From positions 372,001 to 436,000 of the forward strand of contig OZ176055.1 in the NCBI GenBank assembly GCA_964247055.1: DNA of 64,000 nt, given 5' to 3'. The notes beneath the pieces are model-generated. The model saw nothing but the letters and a program-made list of their open reading frames with translations. It was not told the origin of the DNA and searched no databases. A program made the position numbers and the translations under genes. Below, piece by piece: positions 1 to 13,019 of the stretch (position 1 is the first letter of the stretch; every line of letters starts with the position of its first letter). This stretch comes from Paragordius varius (lineage: Eukaryota; Animalia; Nematomorpha).

Positions 1-2712
1 GTGATTCAAATTGGGCAAAAATAATTTTTCACGATCAGCTGATTGTTTTTGTGCGTTATTTTGACCTTGCAATGCATTTTCGTTAAATGTTGTGCTAACC
101 ATAAAATTGGTATCTCCATTAGATATATGATTGCCATTATCCTTGGTGATTTCTGGGGCATAGTGGTCATATAACGGATCGGATGAACTGAAATCAGTAT
201 GCCGAAAGTTGGTGTTTTTATTTTCGGAATCATCGAAATATGTGTCATCATCTGTGACGGTAGGGGTCGTCGTTGTTATAAAAATATTTAAATTTGTGAT
301 TTTTTTCAGCAATTTAGGTGTTAAACTAAGGGAATGTTTAGCTGCTGATATAATGGCACCACTGTCAGTTAACATGGTATAAGTTAAACTAGTTTGCGTC
401 ATAACGCTTCGCGTAACTGCCGTAATGCTATTCATTAAGTAGTTTGAACAACTACATGTTAAAGGCATTTTATTTGTAACCGTGGTCGTATCAATAACTT
501 GTTTAGAGGTTTCGGAAAGATCCATGTCTGGATTTAAGGATGGCGCTGTTGGATTGAGGAATTCTTGATTTAAATTACTGTGATATGATTTGAGTGGTAA
601 CAAAGAGCTTTCATCACTTTTCTCTTTCCGTAAATTTATAAGGGGGGACGTGGAAAAAGGCAAATTTATTTTTTTGGTCATTAAACTTTTGACTGGAATG
701 GCGGGTGATTTTGGACCACCAGTAAGTTTCCGAGTAAGAAAGGAGTTTTTATGCTCACTCTTTTTATCCTTGTGTGATTTACTCAATTTTTTCTTAACTG
801 CAACGTGTTGTTTCGAGGGTTGATTTGAAACGATTTGGGAATCGGAATCTGACGGTAGAGACAAACTACTTGATTTATCTTTTTCGACTGCGTTATCTCC
901 TTTCAAGACAATTTTATTGGCAGCACCAATTTTACCACCTTTGAGTTGAATCGTCATTGCATTATTTGATGAGTATTTATCTTTGAATGTTTGAACATGT
1001 CCGATTAAATTATTATTCCTTTCGCCATCATTTTTGGTCGAATCTTGGTCTGCTTTGGCAGTTATGTTTTGGACGAGCGTTAAGGCTCTTTTTTCTTTAT
1101 CAACAGCTTTTTTAGCTAAATCATAGGCCACTTTGTAGATACCGGCATAGAGAGATAATAAAATAACTAACATGGACCAGTAATAAAAGAATATAAGGGC
1201 AGTATTGAATATTCGGTCATCTCGAAACGGAACATAACATTGATTTGGTTCAACATCCCGGCCCCCAAAGAAAAATGGCCACCCGAAAATGGCTACGAAA
1301 AAGATTGCTATAGGTATGGCCCAAGCCAAGTAAATCATAACTTTAACTTTTAGCGGAGTTCTCCATTCCCGATACTTGGTTGGTATTTTAACTGAACAAT
1401 ACCGATCTAAAGTTATAAAAAAGACCGTGTATTGTGATGCCAAACACACTGTGTAATCCGTGGCGAGCCATAAATCACACAAAATTTCTCCCAAGGGCCA
1501 ATAGCCCAGCAATAGATACAGGGAATAAAATGGCATTGAACAAACGCCTATGATCAAATCGGACACGGCTAAGGAAACTATATAATAATTTGTTGGTTGT
1601 CGTAAATTGCGTTCATAAGCAAAGGCAAACAGAACTAACAAGTTTCCGCCTATCGTGACGGCTGAAGTTATAACTGTAAGTATGATAATTATAACGGTTT
1701 GTGGAAGTGTATAGGGCATAGCGGAAGCCATGGTCGCTAAATTACTGACATTTGTTGCATTAGTGGTCAGCATTGAGATTGGAAAGATAGATGTCAGATT
1801 GAGAGATGACTGTTGTTGCTGTTTTTGACTACTCATAAAATTAGCGTATGAAAACTTTGTAATATTGGAATGGTGATTTGAGATATTAGGATAGGAAAAT
1901 TTTGATAAAGATTGTAAAGGTATCATGGCTTTTGATGTAATTGTCCTATGTAAGTTATGTGTTGGTTTTAGTGTCGTATTTAAAATGTTATCACTACCTG
2001 ATATTATCAGAGCAGGGCGAAATTGAATATAATAATCATTGGATGCTTTTGTCGTGTTTTTATCATCAAAATCATAGTTGGAGTCGGCCGGTTCTACAAT
2101 AGTATGGTAATATAAAACCGATTCAGGAAGCAAAGTTAAGGGGGGAGTTGTTTTAGCGATGCGATAAACTAAATTTTTATTAATATTGGCATTTTTACTT
2201 TTTGTGCCATGTTCAACCGTTAATTTCCTTGAATATATAGCCGTGGTCGGTGTTGGTAAGAGTATTGTTGAATTATTTATACTATTATCATAATGTAATA
2301 TTTTTTTGCGCATAAGATAATTGTTGTTAGAATTAGACTTTTTTAACTCAATATCACCGTAAACCAAAAAGGAGGAAGATTTATTATAAGCAGTAGTGTT
2401 GTTGTTTTGTAAGATTTTGGCTCCTACTTCTTTGTTGGAAGTAAATGAGGAAGTATTAATATTCGGAATGTATTCAAGGATAAATCCATTTGTTAATCCG
2501 ACTCCTACACCACCACTAATATAATTATAATGATTATCTCTATTAGCATTAGTAGTTTTTGAAATATTACGAGATGTTATATGATTATGATTATAATTAA
2601 AATAAAATATAGGATGAATTATGGAGGTAGTGGAAAATGACCACAGAAGAATTAATTTCCAAAATGGAATATAAAATGCCGACAAAACAAAATTGTCCCA
2701 ACCACTCCACAT
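1..2712 (-). CDS. mAChR-B: Muscarinic acetylcholine receptor, B-type (class A GPCR); 3'-partial, runs off the window inside intracellular loop 3
   Basis: Manual translation: the frame is open from 2862 to position 1, first ATG at 2712 (904 codons in window). Motifs: TM1 TIGGNLLVLFAF; TM2 VSLAVSDLIIGVCSMPFY; TM3 CDLWLATDYTVCLASQYTVFFITLDRYCSVK (Asp3.32 and DRY at 1399-1407); TM4 LAWAIPIAIFFVAIFGWP; TM5 FNTALIFFYYWSMLVILFSLYAGIYKVAYD. These closely resemble my recollection of Drosophila mAChR-B and nematode GAR-1/2. An upstream exon spliced into 2713-2862 cannot be excluded. Confidence 0.9.
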   Translation of the reverse strand, partial: MWSGWDNFVLSAFYIPFWKLILLWSFSTTSIIHPIFYFNYNHNHITSRNISKTTNANRDNHYNYISGGVGVGLTNGFILEYIPNINTSSFTSNKEVGAKILQNNNTTAYNKSSSFLVYGDIELKKSNSNNNYLMRKKILHYDNSINNSTILLPTPTTAIYSRKLTVEHGTKSKNANINKNLVYRIAKTTPPLTLLPESVLYYHTIVEPADSNYDFDDKNTTKASNDYYIQFRPALIISGSDNILNTTLKPTHNLHRTITSKAMIPLQSLSKFSYPNISNHHSNITKFSYANFMSSQKQQQQSSLNLTSIFPISMLTTNATNVSNLATMASAMPYTLPQTVIIIILTVITSAVTIGGNLLVLFAFAYERNLRQPTNYYIVSLAVSDLIIGVCSMPFYSLYLLLGYWPLGEILCDLWLATDYTVCLASQYTVFFITLDRYCSVKIPTKYREWRTPLKVKVMIYLAWAIPIAIFFVAIFGWPFFFGGRDVEPNQCYVPFRDDRIFNTALIFFYYWSMLVILLSLYAGIYKVAYDLAKKAVDKEKRALTLVQNITAKADQDSTKNDGERNNNLIGHVQTFKDKYSSNNAMTIQLKGGKIGAANKIVLKGDNAVEKDKSSSLSLPSDSDSQIVSNQPSKQHVAVKKKLSKSHKDKKSEHKNSFLTRKLTGGPKSPAIPVKSLMTKKINLPFSTSPLINLRKEKSDESSLLPLKSYHSNLNQEFLNPTAPSLNPDMDLSETSKQVIDTTTVTNKMPLTCSCSNYLMNSITAVTRSVMTQTSLTYTMLTDSGAIISAAKHSLSLTPKLLKKITNLNIFITTTTPTVTDDDTYFDDSENKNTNFRHTDFSSSDPLYDHYAPEITKDNGNHISNGDTNFMVSTTFNENALQGQNNAQKQSADREKLFLPNLNH

Positions 2713-5700
2713 TATCTCAGTATCTCTCCTTTGAATATCAATGAGGAACGCTTTTTGCCCCCGTTTAAAAGTTGTGTTTTGTTTTCTGTTCTGTGTGCAC
2801 TCAACTTTCGGGAAGTGTAGAGATTTAACTGAGCTTTTGCTGTTTCTACGTTTTATCTTTACTTAACTTAATTAGTAATGGTTAGTAAGGTCTTTTTTCA
2901 GTTTGACTTGCTCCAATATAGAAAAAGACTGCGAAAAAAATATTGTTTTTTTGTTATATGGTGGTCAAAAATGTGTTGTATAGTTTAATGAATTATGGTA
3001 GGAATCATACGCTACATATATATATATGTATGATATATATTTCATGCATTTTTCACTCACACAGTGTTAAATGCGTTAGGTAGTTACTAGTTAGTTGGAT
3101 TTCCGCTTTAATTAAAGTAATGGCCATCATATTTCATGTTTAGGAGCTCACATATATATAATTATTATTAATAATAATCATAGTAAGTTAAAGTTATTTC
3201 TATTGCAGTGCAGAAACTTTCAAATTTTCACAACGATTTGAGGATTGGAGTATAAGCTTTTTAAGCCCATTTCAGGAGTTGAGTTTCATAAAGTTTTTCT
3301 AAAATTAAAAATAAAAATTTATAAATAATTTAAAAGTATTAACATAAATAAATATATAAAATTAATGACAGGATATATTTTTATGTAATCGAAATGTTAA
3401 AGGACAAATTTTTTTGTCATACCAATGATTTTTTACTATAGATAGCTAGGCAAAAGTTGGACAAAAATTATATTTTATGCTTGCTTAAAACAACTATACA
3501 TTAATTTATTAACTTTTTTTTCTATTAATTGTAATAATTAATGCTTATTAATTATTTATGATTTTTTGTTACCTTTGTGGATTTAAGCGGGAAAAACAAC
3601 TTTGGGAAAATGAGTGTTTCTATAATAAAAAAATTTTCTAATTTTTATTCTTAATGTTAGTTTTATATATTATTGTCAAATATTTTTATATATATATTTA
3701 GACACTATTAATTATTCAATTTTAATTTTTGGCTCATATAAATTATTTATAATATAATGTAGTATAATTAATTAATAAAATATAAAAGCATTAACTACTA
3801 CATTAAAGGTTTGGGAATATCTAATTTCAATTAATGATATCTGCGGTATTTTTTAGAGAAATATTTTATATTTTTATACCGCTTTTATTTGGAAAAGATA
3901 GCTTACATATCCAACACATATTATCTATACAAATAAACTTAAAATTAATTTTAACCATACTTAATAATATTAAAAGCCGTTTTGATATAGCTATGAAAAA
4001 ATCTCTGTAATTAATAATTATATATGACAATGTATTTTCAAACAAATAATTTTGTTTTCGAATGAATCTATTACAGATATTAGAATAATTTTAAAAGCAA
4101 TTTGTCATATATTATTTTAATTCTTGACACATGTCGAATTATTTTTTCTCAAGAGCTCATTACAATAAATTTTTTTTAAGTTTTTAAGTAATGCTTAATT
4201 TCATTCAAATAAAAATTATTTTTGGAAATGCTAATTTTCCCAGACAATTAAAAAATTAGTTAATTTTTCTAATTTTATTTTTCATAATTACACAAAACTT
4301 ATTACATTCTAATTATGTGTTAAAAATGTGAAATTATATAATTATAAAATTATTTGATTATTTAAGAGTTATCCTTACTTACTTGAAATGCAAATTTTAG
4401 CTTGTTCCTATAATAACAATGTATTTCCAATCATGATGGATAAAAAAATGGACAAATTTATATAATAACTGGAAATTATTAATTCACAGAGTTTTGTCTT
4501 TTCAATAGTATAAAAGAAATTTTGCTAAAAATGATGAATTAAATTTTGATATGTAATCTACTTATCATCATCTATTTTATTCCTTTTTAAGACTTTATAA
4601 AATTAATTTTATTCTGTCTCAGATATTTACTCTCATATTTCTGGTAAATGGCTTTAATATCTTAGCACTTGAATTAAGTTTAAGGTTAATGTAGAAAATT
4701 AAAAATTTTGGAATATAAGAAAAAAATCAACCAAAAATTTAAAATTCCAAAGCCAATTTAAACGGAGAAGGGATATGTGTTTTATGGTGTGCTTTGTTTG
4801 TTTGAGAGTTGTTAAACTAAAACGAAATTTCCAATCTATAATATTTTTAGCCAAAATTAAATTTAAAGCATAATTCTTAAACAGCATTGGATGAATTTAT
4901 ACAATCGGAGCCTTATGCGCAAAAAAGTGGCCAAAAATAAAATATAATATATGTAATCATTCTTAATAAAATATAAATATTGTCGAATAATTGATGAATA
5001 CTATACACAAAAAAATAAATTAATTCCTCGGAAGATCTAAGCCTATTTAAATTTTACTCAAAAATTTTGTTCGCTTATATTCCATTACAATATCTTTCAA
5101 TTGCCCTTATTTATTTGTAAAAATTTGAAGTACAATTTTTTAAACTACACAACTTTATGATTCTTTATTTGTGATAATTGTAAGAATGCATGTAATTATG
5201 CCATATTTTGATTATGGCGAACAGAGCTAAATATATTCTTTTAGCTCATAAGCTTTTAATAAATTTTATTGGATGCGTTCTCGTTAATTTAGTGTGGTAT
5301 GTAATCTCGATTATTATACAGTAAAACGAATAAATTTAGACTATAACTTATTTTACAAATTGATTTTTGGGTTTAGGTTTTGAGTTAGTATTGTTAGAAG
5401 GAATTAAAGATGAATTTTTACAGTTGTAAAAATAATAGGGGGTCAAACGCCATACAAGAAAATTAAATGCAAAAACAGAAAGTCTTCAAACTGCTTGTTC
5501 GTAAAAACTTTGTAAAATATGGAGTAAAAACACTCCATATTATTGAAATTCATTGATAAATAACTAAAAAAATTTTGCAAAAAGCTTGGGCTTTTGTTAA
5601 ATTTCTCTCTAATTTTTTCCATATTATGCCAAATAACTTGGAATATTAATAATTAGTATGATATGAATAGTTGCGCATGCACGGCTTAAATCATACCTTT

Positions 5701-6365
5701 TCTAAATTACACATTTATAAATTTATACTGTTTACGATTTCAAGCCTTTGTAAAAAAATTAAAATTTTTTGAACTGGTATTAACTATTTTCTTATTAATA
5801 TTAATATAATTATATATTTGATCGTTTTCAACCCTTATTTTAAATGTTAGGTGGAAATAACATGAATTAGCTGTTTGACGCATATTGGTATGATTGTTTT
5901 TATTTCTTTGGTATGGAATTTGACCATTTAATTAAAAAGATATTCACTCGTTGAAAACTCTTACCGTTATAATAATTAAAATTATAATAAAAGTTGTTTT
6001 GAAGAGTGCAATACGGAATATTTTGAAACCCTTAATGCTTAATAAACGCAATATATCAAGGTTAATGGTATTTTCAATTGATGGCAATAAATCTCATCTT
6101 TGCAAATTATTACAACCTTATAATTTATTTATGTAATACATATTGTCACAAATAATAGGTATGCTTTTATATTTATTCGACTTAAAAAATATGTGATTAC
6201 GGCTAAGTGCAGATATGGAGAAATATTTTTTAGTATTTTAACCGCGCATATCGATATTTCTTTATTTGAAACTTAAAGTCAAATGACATTACGGATAAAT
6301 GATTTCGCCATTTACGTGCAATATTCATTATATAAATGGCTTTATATCCATTTATATAATAAATG

Positions 6366-6408
<43 letters not shown>

Positions 6409-6593
6409 TTATATATAATGATGACCTTTTTAAACATTGTAATAATTTATTATGGATTTACAGAAAGGAATATTGGATTGTTTCAGAGGGAAACCCCTTA
6501 ATTTTATTCAATTCGCTTTGGGAATTGTCGTTTATTTTTGTCTATAAATATATATATGTAATAATTGGGAAAAAAGCCGAAAGTTACATAGTA

Positions 6594-6758
6594 CAGTAGC
6601 GTATGGCATAAAACAATGTTAGGCCATAAAAGAATATAAAAAAGTGTTTTTTAAAAAAAGAAGTGGATATTATGGATACGTTTACATACAGCTAGGCTTC
6701 TTATCATAACAAAAACCTTTTTTTCCGGACCAACATTGTTATATCTCATACGCCACTG
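6594..6758. mobile_element. MITE family 2 (about 165 bp, TIR CAGTAGCGTATGGCATAAAACAAT, TA target duplication)
   Basis: ta|cagtagcgtatggcataaaacaat ... tctcatacgccactg|ta; homologous copies at 20614-20774 and about 22667-22832. CAGT ends with TA TSD suggest Tc1/mariner-pogo derivation (inference). Confidence 0.8.
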
Positions 6759-8894
6759 TATGTTGAGATTATCATTTTTTTAAGAGAATAAATTTTTTGC
6801 CATTGGTTAAATAAATCAATCGTGATTTTATCTTTACAGTCAAACTACTTATATATCCAAAGGTCATGTGGAAAAAATATTTTTAAGTTGAAATAGTAAG
6901 AGTTATAAGTTTCAAGAAGTTTTAAATAGACTCAGATTTTCTAAACGATTTGGATATGTTAATATATTCCTAGAATTCAAACTACGGGAGTTTATTATAA
7001 AAGTAAAGTTTATACTTTGCCAAAAATCTGGAAGTAATAAAATTTTATTTAAGCATAAGAAATTTTGAACTAAGAATATTCATATTCATATTTATTTAAT
7101 AAAAAAGTAAGTTATCTTTGAGGTAAGTGCCGAATTTCAGGCTATATAATTCAATAACATTAATGCAAAATAATTTTTTTTCATTCTTTTTTTACTATTT
7201 TTTTTGCCAAAAATAATAAAATAAATTATTAATAATTATTAATAAATTGCTAATAAATATTAATATATATGCATAAAAAAATCATAAAGAAGCAATTATT
7301 AGAAACAAGCAGGCAAATAAACGTGACAAATTAATAGTAATTTTCTTCTTTATTTTATTTTTTAAATTAATAAGCTTTTGAATAATGTCGGGATGATTGA
7401 ATTTTTAATATTTATTAATAAATGTTAACTATGATTAATAACTAATAATGTCAAAATAAACTATCTAATAAATTAGATTATATATATTTTTATCATAAAA
7501 GTTAAATAAAAAATTATAAAGTACATACCTTTAAATCGTTTCAGAATAATATATTTTAATGGTTAATTTTGGGCGTGTTATATTGATAAAAACTGATTGA
7601 CTTATATATTTGTTAAATAAACAGGAAAATTATAAAGAAATCTATGGAAATCTCATTCTCAGACTAATATTTTAAATTATTCAAAATAAGTCACAATAAG
7701 AATATGCGTAAGTATTTATATATGTATGTTTGGTTCAAAAGTCACAGAAATTATATAATCAATCAATTCCCACGGGGATTTGGTGATTAAGGGAAGAGAT
7801 AAAACAATTTTTATGGATAAATTTTGCTAAAAAATTTTTGTGTGTTTGGAAAAATGCATAAATATGCAAGTAATAAAATGATTCCTTAACATGCAAAAAT
7901 ATAATAATAATTCTAAAATGGGGGGGGGGGGTGGTCTCCAAAATGTCTCTTGAAAAAGTGGCTATTAACTCAATGGGGGTGAATCCTGACATGGAATTTT
8001 TTACCAATTACAGTGAAAAATATTATACGGATAAAACGTAAAAATATTTTTTTCCAAAAAACAATTCCATACTTTATTAAACTACCTTTTAATGATTATT
8101 TAAATGCGATCATAAATTACTAATTGATAGTTTTACCAATATTATCAATTTCCTACTTTGCAGTTAAAAACAATGAGTTATATTTCAAGAATTAAGAAGT
8201 AGGGTTGTCTTTTAAAAAATATTTGTCTTTATATTTTTACCATTTGTCCGTTGTATAATTTCAATTTTTACAGTTGCTAGCTTAATTATCAAAATTATGT
8301 TTAAAATTTAAAGAATAAAATAAAAAACCCAAATAAAAATGGCATATAAAAAAGAAATTTTTTTAAAAATGATGAAATCAGAAACAATATTCGGGTTAAA
8401 TTAAGCTGTTAAAAACAAAAGTCGCGGTTAGTATTTACATATTCATTTAATATCATAAATTTAAATTTATGTTTAAGTAAAATAAAATGAAATTAAGATT
8501 AAAATCAATCACTAATACTTTATTAACTTTTAACAATCAAACCAATATAGTACAGTAAAATTTATTTTTTTGCCGGTTATATTTAGGTTATATATTCAGG
8601 GACATTTCCTTATATCCATTATGTCATTTATACTGATTTTATTATATATCCTGTTATTGTCATTATTGAAAAAATTATTAGGTAAATTATGTATATATAT
8701 ATTTGGAAGCTAAAATATTTACTTAATATATTTACAAAAAACTCTTTATAATTCTTAACCAACACTTGTCAAGCTAAATGTTTAAAACACATAATCTCAA
8801 AATATTTACCAAACGAAGGACATATTTATTGAATCATTGAGCCCATTCACTTTTAGTTAATTGAAAACAAATAATAAGGAAAAGCCGGAAAATA

Positions 8895-9142
8895 CAGTAA
8901 AAATGGACGGACAAAATGTTAAAATATGAAGACAAATATACTTTAAAGACAACCTACTATACTTTTAAAACTTGATTTTTTTGAATATAACTCATTGTTT
9001 TAATTGCAAAGTACATAATAAAGATGTATATGATTTTGTATTTTACGATTGTAATTAAATTATTTAAAGTATGGTTGTCTTTTAAAAAAAATATTTGCCT
9101 TTATATTTTTACGTTTTTTCAGTATAATTCCAATTTTTACTG
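8895..9142. mobile_element. MITE family 1 (about 250-290 bp palindromic element, about 75-bp TIRs, TA TSD)
   Basis: Consensus TIR cagtaaaaattgaaattatacggacaaaacgtaaaaatataaagacaaatatt...aaaagacaaccatacttt and its reverse complement. More degenerate copies at about 8011-8273, 14526-14709, 23165-23415, 24322-24566, 38415-38700, 41185-41445, 42075-42379, 48265-48533, 56154-56376 and 62833-63107. Confidence 0.8.
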
Positions 9143-9846
9143 TATTTTCATAAAGTTTTATCCATAGAATCAAAATATTCAGGATATTTTATTGACTTTT
9201 AGCCATCTAAATTAAGTGCAGTATTATCTTCACAGTATTGACATTAATAATAACTAAATTCTGTCATAAAATTTCTACATAAAAATTTTTTGCCCTCTCT
9301 AATTAGAATTTATTATTATAGTTGCTTTTTAACCAGCTACCATTTCCATTTTTAATTTGGCCTTATTTGAAATTGTATAGGGTGTCTAGCACTTTTAAGA
9401 ACAAAAAATTTTAAAACTCCATAGTCCTGATTTGAATCTATTGTATTATTTTTAACGCTAAAATCGGGTTTAATTCCCGTAAAATTGTTACATAGCTAAA
9501 AACATATGTAAGAAAAATAAATTTTGAATGACTTATAAAGAAAGCTTATGTTTGTTGCAAAAAATTTTAGACCTAATAAAATAATATAACGTTTTAATTA
9601 TTCAAGAGCTCAACACCTATTTGTATATATGGAATAAAAAAATAATTTCATTATATAAATATATATATATATATATAAATATATATATATATAAATATAT
9701 ATATTTAAAATATTTTTTGTGGGCTGATTAAAATAACTAACTCTATTTCAAATTTGCTGATCAATTATTTATTTGGATATTTGGGTTTGCCAAATATTTT
9801 AACCATATAATTTTAGAGTTTAAGATTTATATCGAAAAACTAAAAA

Positions 9847-9848
<2 letters not shown>

Positions 9849-9902
<54 letters not shown>
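9849..9902. repeat. (AT)27 microsatellite at the left flank of the hAT element
   Basis: Pure AT dinucleotide run ending at the hAT TIR. Confidence 0.95.
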
Positions 9903-9905
<3 letters not shown>

Positions 9906-12616
9906 GGGTGGCCAACGAGGTGACCGCGACAACTCAAAAAGTGACCGCCTGAAAATATTTTTTTTTAAAAAATTTTATTGATTTTTTTCGGATAGTTGGC
10001 TACTTCTGAGCGAATTTAAATTTAAAATACAAAAAAATACGGTTTAAATTAAAAAAAAACGTCTAAGAAAAGGGTGTAAAAAAATTATTTTATTAATTAT
10101 AATTCATATGTTTTGGAGCATTTGCATTAAAACTTAAAATCAGTCATTTCCCTTGAATATATCAAAACTTTGAGTAAAGCTTATTCATAAATCAGAAGCA
10201 TAATCGTGAAGTTAGATTTGATTTGATACACCAAAAGTAGGTTTTTAAAACTTATATTTTAGAATGAGCCAAAAAAAGTTGTACAGATACAAGAAAGATT
10301 GGGAGCATGAATACTTTTTTATTATGATAAAGGAAACATGCACCTGTCTAATATGCAATAGTACTGTTGCTTTGCCCAAAAAGTCAAATATTGAAAGACA
10401 TTATAGATCTCTGCATCCACATTACTCCAAAAACTACCCCTTACAAACTCAAGAACGCAACATTAAAGTAAAGGAATTAAAAGAACAATTATCCGCCTCA
10501 CAAAATAGCATACTTAAATACAACAAAGACTATAAAAATGCTACGATTGCTTCATTCAAGGTAGCGGAAATACTTATTCGGAACAATACGCCATTCCAAG
10601 ATGGTGAAATATTTAAAGAAGCCTTTATTAGCGCTTGTGATATTTTATTTGAAAATTTTGATAACAAAAATAATATTATGACAGCTATTAAAAGCATAAG
10701 CTTATCGAGAAATACCGTTATGCGCAGGGCTGAAGATATTAGTAATAATCTTGATGAAATTTTACATGAAAATATTAATAACTGTATTTTTTTTCCTTGC
10801 AACTCGATGAGTCCACCGATTATGTTGGAATCGCCCAATTATGCATTTTTATTCGTATGATATTTAGTGATTTATCTGCAAAGGAGGAATTATTAACTAT
10901 AATACCTCTCCACGAACGAACCAGAGGCCAGGATATTTTTGATTCTTTTTATAAATTTATCACAGATACGAAACTTCCCATAGTAAAACTCGAATCTTTA
11001 ACTACTGATGGAGCTCCAGCTATGATTGGCGTTAACAACGGCTTTATCGCTTTATGTAAAAATCACAGTGCATTTCCCAAGTTCATTGATTACCATTGTA
11101 TAATCCATAATCAAGTTTTATGTTCAAAAGTTTTAAAATACCATCATGTAATGAACCCCTGTTTTAAAATTGTTAACGCCATTCGAACAAAAAGCTTGTC
11201 CCGCCGCCAATTTCGAATTTTGTTAAATGAGTGCGGCGTGGAATATGGAGAACTTTTATTACATACTGATGTAAGGTGGTTGAGTCGTGCCGCATTTTTA
11301 ATTAGATTTAGGCAACTTTTACCACAAATAGAAATTTTTTTAGAGAATTCTAAATTTTCATACCCTGAATTGAAAGATCAAGATTGGCTGCTTGATCTTG
11401 CATTTTTATGCGATATCACGGAAAAATTGCATAAATTAAACATCCAATTACAAGGAAAAGATAAAACAATAATGGATATGATGGGTGCTTTAAAATCTTT
11501 TAAGGAAACACTAACAGTAGTAGAAACACAATTAAAAAACCGAGATTTAAAACATTTTTTTAATCTGGCAGCGGTGTCTGAAAAAATAGAGAATCTCTCT
11601 TTTGAAAAATATGCAGATGATATTGGTCTGCTTATTAATGATTTTGAAAAACGATTTTCATCTATAAATAAACTTGAAGACATCGCTATTTTTTTATCAT
11701 GCCCATTTAATAATAATAATAATGTTGAATATATTGCTCAAAAACTCAGCCACTTTCTTGGTGTACCAAATTTAGCAGAGTTGGAAGAGGAATTAATAAA
11801 TGTTAAATGCGATATCCATCTAAAATCATTAGGATCAGATATATATAAATTTATAAATAAAGATAAATACCCCCATATTTGGAAAACCGCTGCATTATTC
11901 AATTCTTTTTTTGGATCCACATATTTATGTGAATCGGCTTTTTCAATTATGAATGCTATCAAAACTAAACAGAGGTCACAATTAACTAATAAACATTTAG
12001 AATCATGTTTGAGAATTGCTTTGACTTCATTTGAACCTAATTTAGATAAACTTTCTGAATTTTTTCGCAGTCGGGCGTTTTAAATATTTTTTTTTATTAA
12101 ATATGGATGTTTATCGAGTTGTATTTTCGCTTAGGAAAAAGCCGATTTACTAAAAAATATGTGGATAGAATTAAAACTGATACAATTTTAATGTACTCTT
12201 ATTTATGTTCAAATTATGGTTCTAAATTGGAATGCTATTTTTTTATTTCTTTTATTTTTTGTATCATAATGTATTCTCCCCTGTAATTTCAAATGCATTG
12301 TTTAAATTTTTATATTGTAAAATTTCATATAATAGAAATTTAAATAAATATTTTGAAGTGTTTTATGTTGGTTAAAAAATTAAGGTAGTTAATAACCCGT
12401 TGTCTTTTAATAAAAATTATTTTGGTATTTGGTTGATAGATAAAAAAATTAAAATTTTAAAATGGTTTCAAGTCACTCTAATCTGTAAAGCAGGTATATA
12501 CATCATTTAAAGTGTTGATTGAGTTTTTTTGATAAATATTTCTGGGTGACCGCGAACTCTTTTTTTAACAAAAAAGCCAAAAAAAGCTCGCGACAAAAAA
12601 AGTGTGGCCACCCCTG
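9903..12616 (+). mobile_element. hAT DNA transposon, Buster/SPIN/Charlie-like, 2714 bp, full length
   Basis: 12-bp perfect TIRs CAGGGGTGGCCA (9903-9914) and TGGCCACCCCTG (12605-12616); 8-bp flanks ATATATAT on both sides (central TA); subterminal GTGACCGC motifs at both ends; internal transposase. Confidence 0.93.
10264..12083 (+). pseudogene. hAT transposase (GTF2IRD2/EPM2AIP1/SPIN-like) split by a single -1 frameshift; 606 aa if one T is restored
   Basis: ORFs 10264-10860 and 10797-12083 join at the T8 run 10787-10794 (NCIFF|SLQLDESTD). Features: N-terminal zinc-finger-like CLIC...ERHYRSLH; catalytic LDESTD, TTDGA and YLCESAFS; CxxH (HCIIH); RW (DVRWLS); C-terminal hAT dimerisation segment. 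No internal stops. Confidence 0.88.
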
Positions 12617-13019
12617 ATATATATAGTATTAAAATAGCAAATTAAAGTCAAAAGGAATTTAGCTAATTATGTTAATTAGAGAGCCGTTAAAGGCAGAATT
12701 AACATAAATATATATTTATTGTATTCTCCTGGGAATTTGCTATGCACAAACATATGCACACAACATATTTCTGTAATAAAAAGAATAAATAATACATAAT
12801 AATAATTATGATTTTTACCATTTAAATATTATTTGTGAAAAATATTATATTATGGCAATCTTTTGGGAGATATAAAATGTAATATTTTCTGTTAATTGCT
12901 TATATTGATGATAATATGATAAATTATAAAAGAAGAAAAAAATTCGCCATTTTTGATTTGACATTTTAACAATTTTTTATATAAATTTATTCTTGATACT
13001 GAACAGACTTTAAATTATA

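Noticed and set aside
6-823. ORF-track entries 6-251 (-) and 590-823 (+)
   Set aside because: Off-frame and antisense shadows inside the receptor ORF.
10530-11962. Minus-strand ORFs 10530-10838, 11378-11683 and 11738-11962
   Set aside because: Antisense shadows of the transposase.
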